In this document: positions 46,735 through 56,339 of the stretch, one piece after another | Position numbering within the stretch: position 1 is the stretch's first letter | Layout: the number at the start of each line of letters is the position of its first letter | Assembly (NCBI GenBank): GCA_041648335.1 | Contig: JBAZPG010000001.1 | Location: 31,880 to 95,879, forward strand | Direction of reading: 5' to 3' | Source of the DNA: Candidatus Micrarchaeia archaeon | Lineage (GTDB): Archaea > Micrarchaeota > Micrarchaeia > Norongarragalinales > Norongarragalinaceae | Length of the DNA: 64,000 nucleotides | Notes under the pieces: generated by a model | Told to the model about the DNA's origin: nothing | Seen by the model: the letters and a program-made list of their open reading frames with translations, nothing else | Databases searched by the model: none | Position numbers and translations under genes: made by a program

Positions 46735-47535
46735 ATGGCAATCCAACGCAAGAAACCGGCGAACAACGGACAACCAATGCCCAAACGACAGCCTATAATC
46801 GGTTCGAGTGGTCAACTTGAAGAAGAACCGCTCACTTTAACCGGTCGCGCCCCGGCAAACTGGTCTCCGCCGAAAAGACAAATTGACACCCTAGAACTCA
46901 CGCCAAAACAACGCGGAATGCAGACCGAACGCTTGTTGTTAGCCGAGGAACCGGAGAAACTCCCCGCATTAGTGCTTGAAAAACTTCGGGACGCCAGGCG
47001 CGCCCACTTGAAATGGGTTGCGGGTGCGAGTGGCGCGGTAGGCAAACCCGAATCGCTCAAGAACTGGCTGAACCCCAGCGAGGACATGCCCCCGGAAGCC
47101 CGCGCGCTGGTGCGTTACCGAGCGAATCTGACGCCCAAAAAAATTGAACTAATCAAAATTAGACTGGAAGAAATGAAAAACAGCATTGGTCGTCACCACG
47201 CCGCGGTGCAGGCAGCCCTGAAAGTAAAATACCCGCAGGAAACGCGAGGGAGCTTCACTGGAGAGAACCGTGCGAATTTCCTCGCGCACCCTAAGGTGTT
47301 CGCGGCGTTAACCGCCGAACGAAGGACGCCCGAACAAGAACGGTTCGTTGCGGGAATCCGAAACAAGTTGAAACCGCTGCACAGGAAACCGACTTGGACT
47401 GACGAGGAATACCAAAAAGCGAAGGCAAACCGGAAGCTGTTCGAACACGCGTTGTCCGGAACGATTGACGGCTTGCCCGCGAAAGAACGCGAAAACGCGG
47501 TTAACGCGATAATAAGCTGGTTGCGGACGAATTAA
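46735..47535 (+). CDS. hypothetical protein, paralogue B of a tandem pair
   Basis: see paralogue A. Confidence 0.45.
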   Translation: MAIQRKKPANNGQPMPKRQPIIGSSGQLEEEPLTLTGRAPANWSPPKRQIDTLELTPKQRGMQTERLLLAEEPEKLPALVLEKLRDARRAHLKWVAGASGAVGKPESLKNWLNPSEDMPPEARALVRYRANLTPKKIELIKIRLEEMKNSIGRHHAAVQAALKVKYPQETRGSFTGENRANFLAHPKVFAALTAERRTPEQERFVAGIRNKLKPLHRKPTWTDEEYQKAKANRKLFEHALSGTIDGLPAKERENAVNAIISWLRTN

Positions 47536-47568
47536 ACCGCGAAAAAGCGAACGGATTGGAGTCGCGGT

Positions 47569-47748
47569 TCAGCGCATTACCTTGAGGGGAACCGCGGAGG
47601 CGTCGAACTCGAGCTTCGCGAGCGCCACGGGGCTCAAGTACTCGCTGCCCACATCAACCAGGGGAGGCGCGCCCATCGAGAGTTGGAGCGCGCGCGCACC
47701 TATGATGCGTGCGACTTCGTAAATCGTGAAATCTTTTGCCTTGGACAT
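47569..47748 (-). CDS. rpoK: DNA-directed RNA polymerase subunit K (Rpo6/omega), 59 aa; not in the ORF track (below the length cutoff)
   Basis: own translation MSKAKDFTIYEVARIIGARALQLSMGAPPLVDVGSEYLSPVALAKLEFDASAVPLKVMR matches RpoK (ARIIGARALQ..MGAP). Confidence 0.8.
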   Translation of the reverse strand: MSKAKDFTIYEVARIIGARALQLSMGAPPLVDVGSEYLSPVALAKLEFDASAVPLKVMR

Positions 47749-47766
47749 TTATCCGAACACCTATGA

Positions 47767-48939
47767 CTAGATTAGAGCTCTTAACACCTTTAACAGGGAC
47801 GGGCGCTTTAATAAGATTTTCGCGACCACGGGCTTGAAGTCCGAATCCAGGACCTTCAGCAAATCCGAGTCGCCTATCTCCTTGAATATGTGGTTGTAAT
47901 CGTCATCCGAAAGCATCTCGATGACCTTGCGGAGCTTGAGGCGCTTGTCCTGTTTGCCGCCCTCCTTGGCGCGCCACTCCCGCTCGTAACGCGAGAGCAC
48001 GGAAGCCGAGTAATCCTGCTTTCCGAACGCCTCAACTGCGGTGTCGGCGGCGATTTCGCCCGCCTCGATTGCGAGCGCGATGCCACCCCCGTGAATCGGG
48101 TCCACCTGGTGAGCGGCGGTTCCAATAACCATGAACCCGTCCTTCACGAACGAGTCGATGGGAGCGCCCACGCTTATCACGCCGCCTTTCACCTCAATCG
48201 GCTCCGCCTTGGCGAAGCGCGGATCGCGCGCGATGAATTCATCCAGCAGGCGCTTGGGGTCTGCACCCATCGAGCCGCCCACCCCGATGCCCACGTTAGC
48301 CACGTCATCCCCCTTGGGGAAAACCCAGACGTAGCCGCGCGGCGCAATCGCGTTCCCGAAATACAATTCTATGAAACGCCGGCACTCCACGTTAACCATT
48401 TCGTACTCGTAACAGGAGTCCACGTCGTACAGCGTCGAGACGGCTTTGAAACCCGCCTCGCGCGCCAGCTTCGCCTCCATTCCCTCTGCGGAGACAACAA
48501 GGGGCGCGCGCACTTCGAACGCCTCGCCATCGCGCAGCACGGAGACGCCCGCCGGCTTTCCGTGCGCGTCCTTCAACAATCCGGTTGCCATTGTCTTGGG
48601 GAGGAACTTGGCGCCCTTGCGTGCCGCCTCGATTGCGAGCTGTTTGTCGAAAATCTTGCGTTCCACCACGTAGCCGGTGGTCTCCTTGTTCTTCACCACG
48701 ATTTCCCGCCCGTCCGGAGCGTAAACCGCAGCACCCTCGATTGCGTAGCCCACTCCGGGACCTATCTTGAAACCCAACTCGTCTATCCAATGTCCCCCTA
48801 TGCCTTCCCCGCAGCGCACCGGGGAGCCGAGGTCCTTCTTCTTCTCTATTACGATTACCTTCAAGCCGCGCTTGCTCGCCACGCGGGCGAAACTCGAGCC
48901 CGCGGGTCCGCCTCCGATAACTACCGCATCGCAATCCAT
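47767..48939 (-). CDS. digeranylgeranylglycerophospholipid (geranylgeranyl) reductase, FAD-dependent
   Basis: MDCDAVVIGGGPAGSSFARV... FAD fold; 390 aa. Confidence 0.9.
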   Translation of the reverse strand: MDCDAVVIGGGPAGSSFARVASKRGLKVIVIEKKKDLGSPVRCGEGIGGHWIDELGFKIGPGVGYAIEGAAVYAPDGREIVVKNKETTGYVVERKIFDKQLAIEAARKGAKFLPKTMATGLLKDAHGKPAGVSVLRDGEAFEVRAPLVVSAEGMEAKLAREAGFKAVSTLYDVDSCYEYEMVNVECRRFIELYFGNAIAPRGYVWVFPKGDDVANVGIGVGGSMGADPKRLLDEFIARDPRFAKAEPIEVKGGVISVGAPIDSFVKDGFMVIGTAAHQVDPIHGGGIALAIEAGEIAADTAVEAFGKQDYSASVLSRYEREWRAKEGGKQDKRLKLRKVIEMLSDDDYNHIFKEIGDSDLLKVLDSDFKPVVAKILLKRPSLLKVLRALI

Positions 48940-48940
48940 T

Positions 48941-49111
48941 TTAAAGCCTCAACGCCCGCGCCGGGCAGACTTTCACGCACGTCCCGCAGTTCACGCACTT
49001 CGCCGGGTCGCATTCAAGCTTGTTCTCCGTCAGCGTCAACGCGAGCACCGGGCACACGCTCACGCAACCCGCGCAGCCGATGCACTTCGAGAAATCAACT
49101 TTCACAGCCAT
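48941..49111 (-). CDS. 2x[4Fe-4S] ferredoxin (56 aa); not in the ORF track
   Basis: own translation MAVKVDFSKCIGCAGCVSVCPVLAL..CDPAKCVNCGTCVKVCPARALRL; stop overlaps GGR start. Confidence 0.8.
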   Translation of the reverse strand: MAVKVDFSKCIGCAGCVSVCPVLALTLTENKLECDPAKCVNCGTCVKVCPARALRL

Positions 49112-49152
49112 GTGTTATCAGAAAGGAATACGCTTGAAAACATATAAAACGG

Positions 49153-49782
49153 TTACTGGAAAGCTTCGTAAGCCGAGTCGTCGAACTCGTACAGGCTCCG
49201 CACGAAACGCTTGTCCTGGAACGAGAAACCAGCCAAGAGCTCTTCGGGCGACTTCCCGGTCGCGTTCGCACCGCCCGACGGGTCGAGCAAAGCGCACGTT
49301 TCACCCCGCACAACTACCACCGGGTGCTTCAAGCCCTCCTCGAGTTCCACCACGCGCAACGATGCCTTCAAACCCATTGCCAAGAGCAGGGAGCACAGGA
49401 GCACCGCCTTGTCCATCACGTCTCCGCAGCCCAGCTCCATTACCTCGGAGGGGGAAAGCCAGACCGAGACGCTGATTTTCGAACGCAACAGCGGCAGCGA
49501 CGCTACATAATCGAACGCGGCGACTGCAAAATCCTCGCCAACGGCGAGCTCGTTAGCCTTCCGGCGCACGCACTCGTCAGGGGAAACAATGCGCTTGAGT
49601 TCGGGAATGCTTTTCTCTTCCCCGAACGAGATGACCGAGGAATAGCGTTCGATTACGCGGCGGTAGTATTCCGCGCGGAGCGCATCCCAGCCCTCGACGC
49701 CCGCGGTCGAACACACCTTGCACTTTTTTTCAACGCCGGCGCGCTCTTCCCTGAGGCGGACCAGCAACTCCGACAAAACCAT
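49153..49782 (-). CDS. hypothetical protein
   Basis: ORF; start uncertain. Confidence 0.4.
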   Translation of the reverse strand: MVLSELLVRLREERAGVEKKCKVCSTAGVEGWDALRAEYYRRVIERYSSVISFGEEKSIPELKRIVSPDECVRRKANELAVGEDFAVAAFDYVASLPLLRSKISVSVWLSPSEVMELGCGDVMDKAVLLCSLLLAMGLKASLRVVELEEGLKHPVVVVRGETCALLDPSGGANATGKSPEELLAGFSFQDKRFVRSLYEFDDSAYEAFQ

Positions 49783-49838
49783 GCCAACCAACGAACCGAC
49801 GCGAACAATAAAAAGCGCGCGGTTGTAATCGGTTCGCA

Positions 49839-51140
49839 ATGAACATTGGTTTTTTGGGCGCAGCCGGCGAAGTCGGGCGCTCCTGCATACTCGTCGAGAA
49901 CGGGCGCAAGAAAACCCTGCTTGACGCGGGCGTGAAATTCAAGGAAGGCGAAGCGTTCCCCCTGCTCGAGAACCGCCTCATACCCAAGCTCAACAACGTG
50001 GTATTGACGCACGCACACATGGATCACTCGGGCTACCTGCCCGCGTTGTACGCGCACGGCTACAAGGGGAAAGTCATGCTCACAAAGCCCACGCGCGACT
50101 TGACGCAAGTGCTCCTCGCGGACTACTTGCGCATAAGCCACGACGTGCCCTACGACCAGGCGCACGTGACGAAATACTTACAGCACTGCCAGATACTCGA
50201 CTACGAACGCGAGCAGGCGGGCGTGTTGCTCCGCACCGCGGGGCACATACTCGGCAGCGCCACGGTTACGTTGAACGAGGGCGGGCACCGCATACTCTAC
50301 ACGGGCGACATCAACCTCCGCGACTCCCGCCTCCTCGAGGGAGCGAAGACGGATTACCGCGCGGACACGCTCATAATCGAGAGCACGTACGGAGCGGACG
50401 CGGACCGCCACCTGCCAACGAACGAGGCTACGCGCTACCTCGCGGAATCCATCAAGAAGACGTTCAAGAAAGGAGGGAAAGTCATCGTGCCCACGTTCGC
50501 CATAGGCCGCGGGCAGGAAGTGCTGTTCACCATCGAGAGCCAGATGCGCGCGAAAGCGATACCCAACTCGCCGATTTACATCGACGGGATGATTAACAAG
50601 ATACTGAAAATCTACCGCAACAACTCCATCCACCTGAACAAGGAGATACAGCGCCGGATACTCACGAGCGACCAGGACCCGTTCAAGAGCGAACACTATC
50701 ACGTGCCCGTCCGCAAGGACCGCGGCGACGTATTCCAGCACCACAAGGTAATCGTGCTCACCACGAGCGGGATGCTGAACGGCGGTCCGGTGCTCACCTA
50801 CATAAAGAAGCTGGCGCCCTTCCCCCAGAACAAGATAATACTCGTGGGCTACCAAGCCGAAGGCACGCGCGGGCGCGAACTCCTCGCGGGCGCGGACGAA
50901 CTAACCATAGACGACAGGAAAGTCCCGATAAACTGCGAGATTGACGAAGCCAAGTTCAGCGCGCACTCCGACCAGCACGAGTTACTCGAGCTCGTCAAAC
51001 GCGTCAAGGGCCTCAAGCGCGTCTACATAGTGCACGGCGAGAAAGAGAAGAGCGAAGAGCTTGCTCGGGCAATACAGCGCCGCCATTCCAGCGTGCGCGT
51101 CGAGTTACCCAAACTCGGCGAAGAATTCAAGTTCAACTAG
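49839..51140 (+). CDS. beta-CASP RNA-metabolising metallo-beta-lactamase (aCPSF2/RNase J-like)
   Basis: HAHMDHSGYLP, beta-CASP region, 433 aa. Confidence 0.85.
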   Translation: MNIGFLGAAGEVGRSCILVENGRKKTLLDAGVKFKEGEAFPLLENRLIPKLNNVVLTHAHMDHSGYLPALYAHGYKGKVMLTKPTRDLTQVLLADYLRISHDVPYDQAHVTKYLQHCQILDYEREQAGVLLRTAGHILGSATVTLNEGGHRILYTGDINLRDSRLLEGAKTDYRADTLIIESTYGADADRHLPTNEATRYLAESIKKTFKKGGKVIVPTFAIGRGQEVLFTIESQMRAKAIPNSPIYIDGMINKILKIYRNNSIHLNKEIQRRILTSDQDPFKSEHYHVPVRKDRGDVFQHHKVIVLTTSGMLNGGPVLTYIKKLAPFPQNKIILVGYQAEGTRGRELLAGADELTIDDRKVPINCEIDEAKFSAHSDQHELLELVKRVKGLKRVYIVHGEKEKSEELARAIQRRHSSVRVELPKLGEEFKFN

Positions 51141-51399
51141 TGCCCTTTCCAAGCGACTCGTAACGCTTCTGCGCCGCAGGCGTCAAACACCACTTCACCC
51201 AGCGCACGTAACCCTTCCCCACGCGCTGCACGAGGTGCTGACCCTCTAGGAACGCGAGCACCTTACCCGTGAACTCGTTGTCGCGGGCGATTTCGCGCGC
51301 CACCGCACGCGTGGTCAACGGCAGAGGATAAGAGTCGTAGAGCACGGACAACGCCGACTCCGCGATGCGCTGGAAATTCACTTGGGAAATACAAGACAT
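51133..51399 (-). CDS. small winged-helix-like protein
   Basis: 88 aa ORF. Confidence 0.4.
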   Translation of the reverse strand: MSCISQVNFQRIAESALSVLYDSYPLPLTTRAVAREIARDNEFTGKVLAFLEGQHLVQRVGKGYVRWVKWCLTPAAQKRYESLGKGTS

Positions 51400-52950
51400 T
51401 CAACCACGAAACGCAGCAGAAAATATTAAACTTGCGCTAATGACGATTAAACGCCAAAACCGCGCGTAAGCCCTGTAAAAGCACTGCTAGGGCCTGAAAA
51501 ACCAGCAAACCACAACCTGCAGCACACCAGTTCATTTCAAGCAGAACTACACCTAGGAAAACAAGGAAAAAATCAAAAAACCGGAAAAACCAAGTAAAAC
51601 AAAACGAAAAATTCAGCAAAAAACCAAACACTAACTAGGTTTTTTCATTAACCGCGTTTTTTGGCTCATTTTGAAAACCGACAAATAGTGGAACAAACCG
51701 AATTCCTTAAAACTACCATTTTGGTGTTTTGAAGCCAAAAATAACAACCGAATGTGCGCATCCAGACCGGCAATAAACCGGGCAAAACACAACAAAACCG
51801 AACGAACACAAAATACCATAATAGTATAAACCGCACGCAGAAAAAAGTGTTCGGAACACCATTTAGATGTAGCGAAACTACGGTTTAAGCCAAAAAGCCG
51901 GTTTTTAACGCAGAAATTCGTTTTGAGCCCGACCCAGTGGCTGCTTTTTGTCCCTAAATACCATAGAAATGCAACGAAAGCACACCTGCGGACCGGAGCA
52001 AACGCCAGGCGTTCCCATCAAAACAGTGTTCTCAAAATACCCGCGCACCATAATGGTATGCTGCGCCTCGCGAAAATATTCAACAAAAAGCCGGTTTGCA
52101 AAACCAATGCTCAGGCGTACGTAAACGCCGCACAAAAAACAGTAAAAAAAGCCCGGCAAAAACGAAAAAGAACACAAAGGGGCGGTTCAACGCGGGATGA
52201 ACTAAGCGCGGCTTTTCTTCAATCCGCTTAGGAAAGCCCGCTGTTTTTTGTTGTGTTGCGCCAAAACAAAGCCGATCGCCTCGTCCACACTCACGAAAAA
52301 CCCGAGCCGGGCCTGGAGCTCGCCGGCCAGGATTGCCAAATCCCTATACGTTTCTCCCCGAACGCGAATAACCTTGTCCAAAACAATTTCACCACTATAA
52401 CAAAGTATACAATAGCTATTTAATAGTTATTGTTACACGGTAAAAACGCGCTTGCCCGCGGCTCGGCTTTTTACCGGGCGCCCTCGGAATTTTCCAGTCC
52501 CAGAAAAACTGGGAAATGGGAAAAACGCCAAAAAACCACTGGAAAAAACCAGTGAAAACTGCTAAAAAAGGAAAAATCAAGTGGTTCAAGACAAAAAACG
52601 TGTTTGGTCCGGGGCTAAAACCGAATCCGGAAAACGAAAAATACCGCAACCCCCTGAAAAAATACCGTACGCCGTTGGCTTTGGATGAAAAAACGCTTTG
52701 AAAATGAAAAACCGGTTGGCGCGGCGGGCAATCAAACCGAATTTTGGTGCGAAAACGCGTTAAAACAAAAAACCGAGTGGGTACGCGGGTTTTTCGCATT
52801 GGAAACACTGCAAAAACGAAAAAACGGATTGGATCCGTGGTTTTTTGCCAGGAGGAAAACAAAAAACGCATTGAAAAAACAAAAACCGATTTGAAACAGG
52901 AAAAAACCGTTTGAAAAACGCGAAAAAACCGGCTTTTTTGAAAAACACGT
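51400..52950. other. about 1.55 kb ORF-free, A-rich (plus strand), GC-poor region with phased A5-6 tracts and several A-tract/T-tract-flanked hairpins; function unknown (curved DNA / ncRNA / origin-like?)
   Basis: no credible ORF in six frames; recurring AAAAAACCG / GAAAAAAC motifs; see finding. Confidence 0.6.
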
Positions 52951-53017
52951 GCGGGTGCGCGTTTTACGGGCGCGCATTAAAAAATCAAGCAGCGGAAAAC
53001 AAGAAAGGGCTTTAAAA

Positions 53018-55747
53018 ATGCAGGGTTTACGCAAGGAAGTTGTCGCGGTTGCGCGCGCCAAGGGCTTCGACGACTACACCCCCATCCAGAAAAAGGCCTC
53101 GCCCCGCATCCTCGCGGGGGAAAACCTGTTGGTCACTGCGCCCACGGGCTTCGGGAAAACCGAGGCAGCCATGCTCCCGGTGCTATCGCGCATGCTCGAC
53201 TTTAAGGATAAAGGGCAGCTGGCAGGCATTTGCACGCTTTATATCACACCTTTAAAAAGCCTTAACCGGGACATGCTGGAGCGCCTGACGTTCTGGGGCA
53301 AGGTGCTCGGGTTCGGGGTTGCGGTGCGGCACGGGGACACCAAGCCGAGTGAGAGGCAGAAGCAGCGGGACGCTCCGCCGCACCTCTTGGTTACGACGCC
53401 GGAGACCCTGCAATCCCTGCTCGTTGCGCCCAAGCTCAAGGACGCGCTCGCGAACGTGCGGTTCGTAATCGTGGACGAGGTGCACGAGCTCGCGGACTCC
53501 GAGCGGGGCGTCCAGCTCGCGGCAGGGTTGGCGCGCCTGCGTCTCAAGGCGCCGGGATTCCAAATCATAGGCTTGAGCGCGACCGTGCGGAACAAGGAGG
53601 CGGTCGCGCGCTTCCTGGCGCCCGACTGCGGGGTGGCGGAGCAAGAGCTCGGACGCCTGCTGGACATCCGCGTCGAGCTTCCGGACGGCGGGCGTCCCGA
53701 GTTCAAGGAACTGGGGTTGCGCGACGAAAGCAAGGCAGCGCTTGGGTTGGTGGTCGACTCCATCGAATCCAGCAAGAGGACTCTTGTTTTCGTGAACACG
53801 CGCTTCACGGCTGAGAGCCTGGGACATTTGCTTTCACAGACGCGCGTCGCCAATCAAATTGCAGTGCATCATTCGAGCCTGGCAAAAGAGGCGCGTTTGG
53901 AGGCTGAGGAGGAGTTCAAGCGCGAGGCAAGCAGCCTCAAGGCGATCGTGTGCACTTCTTCGCTCGAACTGGGCATTGACATAGGCGCGGTGGACTTGGT
54001 GGTGCAGTTCAACTCGCCGCGCCAAGTGTCCCGGCTGGTGCAGCGCATAGGCCGGAGCGGGCACCGCAAGAACCTCGTGCCAAAAGGAGTGATAATCGCG
54101 GGCGGGGAGCTGGACTGCCTCGAGGCGCTCGTCTTGAGGGAGAAGGCGCTCGCCGGGGAAATCGAGGAAACCCGCATCCGCTCGAACGCCCTCGACGTTG
54201 CCGGACACCAGCTCGCCGGGCTCGCGTTGGATTACGGGAGCATCACGCTGGCGGACGCGCTCGGGATACTGCGCACGGCGAAGCCGTTCGAAACGCTTTC
54301 ACCCGCTGCCCTCGAGGCAGTCGCGAGGCAGATGGCGCAGGCGAAGTGTTTCGCGTTCGACGGCGAACGCGTCACGGCGTCCAAGCGCACCCTGCTTTAC
54401 TACTACGAGAATTTGGGCACCATACGCGACTCCAAGAAGCGTTGGATACGGGACGCGGTCACCCGCAAGAACGTGGGGTTGCTGGACGAGGCGTTCGTTT
54501 CGGAATATTTGCAGGAGGGCGTCACGTTCATTACGCGCGGGAAAGCCTGGCGGGTGATAAGCGCGGAAGAGGAAATCCAAGTCGAACCCTCTTCGGACTT
54601 GACCGCCGCGATTCCCGAATGGGTGGGTGAAGAGATACCGGTGACCGCGGAAGTCGCGACCGCGGTTGAGGACGCGTTCGCCCGCCTCCCGGAATGCGAC
54701 GCGAAGCTGGGGAAAAAACTCGCGGCGTACGCCAAGGAACAGGCGGGCTTCTTCACACCCTCGAGGGAAAAGTGCTTTGTGGAGGGCGGGGACCGCTGGA
54801 CGGTGGTGCACTCGTTCTGGGGCTCGAAGGCGAACGAGGCGCTTGCGCGCGCGCTGGCGTTCCACTTCGCGTTGACGCGCCGCGAGTCGGTGCGCACGAA
54901 AGCCGGGGCGTACGGCGTGCTCCTCGAGTTCGACAAACACAAACCAGCGGCGGACGTGTGCGCGGCGCTCGACGTTCTCAAAAAGGGGCGCGACGCCCGG
55001 ACGCTCCTGGAAACGCGCCTCCCGGATACGCGCATCTACCGCCGCAAGCTCATAGGCGTCGCCAAGGCAATGGGGCTCGTCTCGAAAACCGCGGACCTGC
55101 AGGAGTTCGGCTTGGCGCGCCTGGCGCGCGCCTTCAAGGGGACGCCCGCGGAGAGCGAGGCGCTTGCGGAAGTGTGGTTCGACGAGCTCGACGCGGACGG
55201 GATGGAGGCGGCGTTGCGGAGGACGCGTTTTGAAACCGTCCCGTTCCGCGAGTCAGCTTCCCCGCTTGCCGCGGAGTTCTTCGATTACGGTTCGTTCAGC
55301 GAACTCATCGTGCCCGGCGCTCCCTCGGAGAAGCTCGTGCAGGCGTTCCGCGACAACCTACTCGAGAAACGCGAGGGGCTGTACTGCCAGTACTGCGGGA
55401 AAACGCACACGCTTTCCCTGGGTGAGGCACCCGAAGAATTGCGTTGCCCGTACTGCAAGTCCAGCCAGCTCACCCGCAAGCGTTACAAGGCCGTGCTCGA
55501 AAAGCGCAAGGCGCGCCGCAAACTAACCGAAGAGGAAACAAAGGAATTGAATGACGCCTACCGTTCCGCGAACCTGCTTTCGGTGAACGGGCGCCGCGCG
55601 CTGCACGCGTTGAACACTTTCGGCGTTGGCCCCGAGACCGCCGCGCGCCTCCTGGGCCGGGCACCCTCGGATGACGCGGGATTCTACGGGGCGCTCCTCG
55701 AGGCGCAGAAGAATTTCATCAAGACCCGTCGCTTTTGGCGGGTTTGA
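53018..55747 (+). CDS. lhr: Lhr-type ATP-dependent DExH helicase with C-terminal zinc ribbon
   Basis: TAPTGFGKTEAA (motif I), DEVHEL (DExH), SAT, helicase C; CQYCG...CPYCK; ATG 53018 follows TTTAAAAA. Confidence 0.8.
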   Translation: MQGLRKEVVAVARAKGFDDYTPIQKKASPRILAGENLLVTAPTGFGKTEAAMLPVLSRMLDFKDKGQLAGICTLYITPLKSLNRDMLERLTFWGKVLGFGVAVRHGDTKPSERQKQRDAPPHLLVTTPETLQSLLVAPKLKDALANVRFVIVDEVHELADSERGVQLAAGLARLRLKAPGFQIIGLSATVRNKEAVARFLAPDCGVAEQELGRLLDIRVELPDGGRPEFKELGLRDESKAALGLVVDSIESSKRTLVFVNTRFTAESLGHLLSQTRVANQIAVHHSSLAKEARLEAEEEFKREASSLKAIVCTSSLELGIDIGAVDLVVQFNSPRQVSRLVQRIGRSGHRKNLVPKGVIIAGGELDCLEALVLREKALAGEIEETRIRSNALDVAGHQLAGLALDYGSITLADALGILRTAKPFETLSPAALEAVARQMAQAKCFAFDGERVTASKRTLLYYYENLGTIRDSKKRWIRDAVTRKNVGLLDEAFVSEYLQEGVTFITRGKAWRVISAEEEIQVEPSSDLTAAIPEWVGEEIPVTAEVATAVEDAFARLPECDAKLGKKLAAYAKEQAGFFTPSREKCFVEGGDRWTVVHSFWGSKANEALARALAFHFALTRRESVRTKAGAYGVLLEFDKHKPAADVCAALDVLKKGRDARTLLETRLPDTRIYRRKLIGVAKAMGLVSKTADLQEFGLARLARAFKGTPAESEALAEVWFDELDADGMEAALRRTRFETVPFRESASPLAAEFFDYGSFSELIVPGAPSEKLVQAFRDNLLEKREGLYCQYCGKTHTLSLGEAPEELRCPYCKSSQLTRKRYKAVLEKRKARRKLTEEETKELNDAYRSANLLSVNGRRALHALNTFGVGPETAARLLGRAPSDDAGFYGALLEAQKNFIKTRRFWRV

Positions 55748-55834
55748 CTTCCTCGAGAAAAACATATTCTTCGGGGGAAGGCGGCGCGCGCTCCTCGAAC
55801 ACCGGCTCTTTCGCTTCCACGACGCGGGGTTTCT

Positions 55835-56308
55835 TCATTTCACAACTATCCTCGGCTTCGCGGGCTTGACGGGAGCATAAAGCGCGTCCGGGTTCGAGAG
55901 GAAGTACGCTGCGGCCTCCTTGTTCAGCGGGTCCGCGGGGTTCGGGTTCGCGAGCAAATGGCGAAGGCTCTTCACGAGTGCGAGCACGGTCTGGTTCTCA
56001 GCCCAGTCGTTCAAGAGCTGGATGCACACCTTGCCATCCGCCTCGCGGATGTTAGGGTGGAAAATGGGGGTGAGCCAGGTTACGTCGATGCCGCCGGGAT
56101 AGGGGTAGCCGCGCAGGAGCTCGATTTTCACGCTGTGGCTGTCGCGCTGGAAGATGCGTCCGGACTCGCGGTAGAGTGCCGGACCCTTCAGGCTCACCAC
56201 GTACTCGGTGAGCTCGGCGTTGGATTCGAAGCGCTCCCCGCTCTCCTGCAATTCCTCGAACTCGCTTTCGAGGCGGCGGCGCCAAATCGGTTCGGGAAGG
56301 GAAGACAA
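55835..56308 (-). CDS. ubiquitin-conjugating enzyme E2 (UBC fold)
   Basis: HPNIREADGKVCIQLLNDWAENQTVLALVKSLRHLLANPNPADP is the canonical UBC active-site signature (HPN...G.IC...L...W.P). Confidence 0.85.
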   Translation of the reverse strand: MSSLPEPIWRRRLESEFEELQESGERFESNAELTEYVVSLKGPALYRESGRIFQRDSHSVKIELLRGYPYPGGIDVTWLTPIFHPNIREADGKVCIQLLNDWAENQTVLALVKSLRHLLANPNPADPLNKEAAAYFLSNPDALYAPVKPAKPRIVVK

Positions 56309-56339
56309 AACGCAGACCTCTTGTTTTGGCGGTTAAACC

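Noticed and set aside
51437-52871. Short ORFs inside the A-rich region (51437-51631-, 51631-51819-, 51905-52177-, 51923-52231+, 52416-52871-, 52516-52701+, 52685-52894+, 52732-53061-)
   Set aside because: Translations are K/N/F-rich homopolymer-like products of A/T tracts, overlap one another on both strands, and have no start context; the region is better explained as non-coding.
55719-55838. 39-codon minus-strand ORF (MKKPRVVEAKEPVFEERAPPSPEEYVFLEEVKPAKSDGS) coupled to the E2 stop by ATGA
   Set aside because: Too short and featureless to call confidently, and its 3' end overlaps the convergent Lhr gene. Mentioned only as a possible micro-protein of the Ub cluster.
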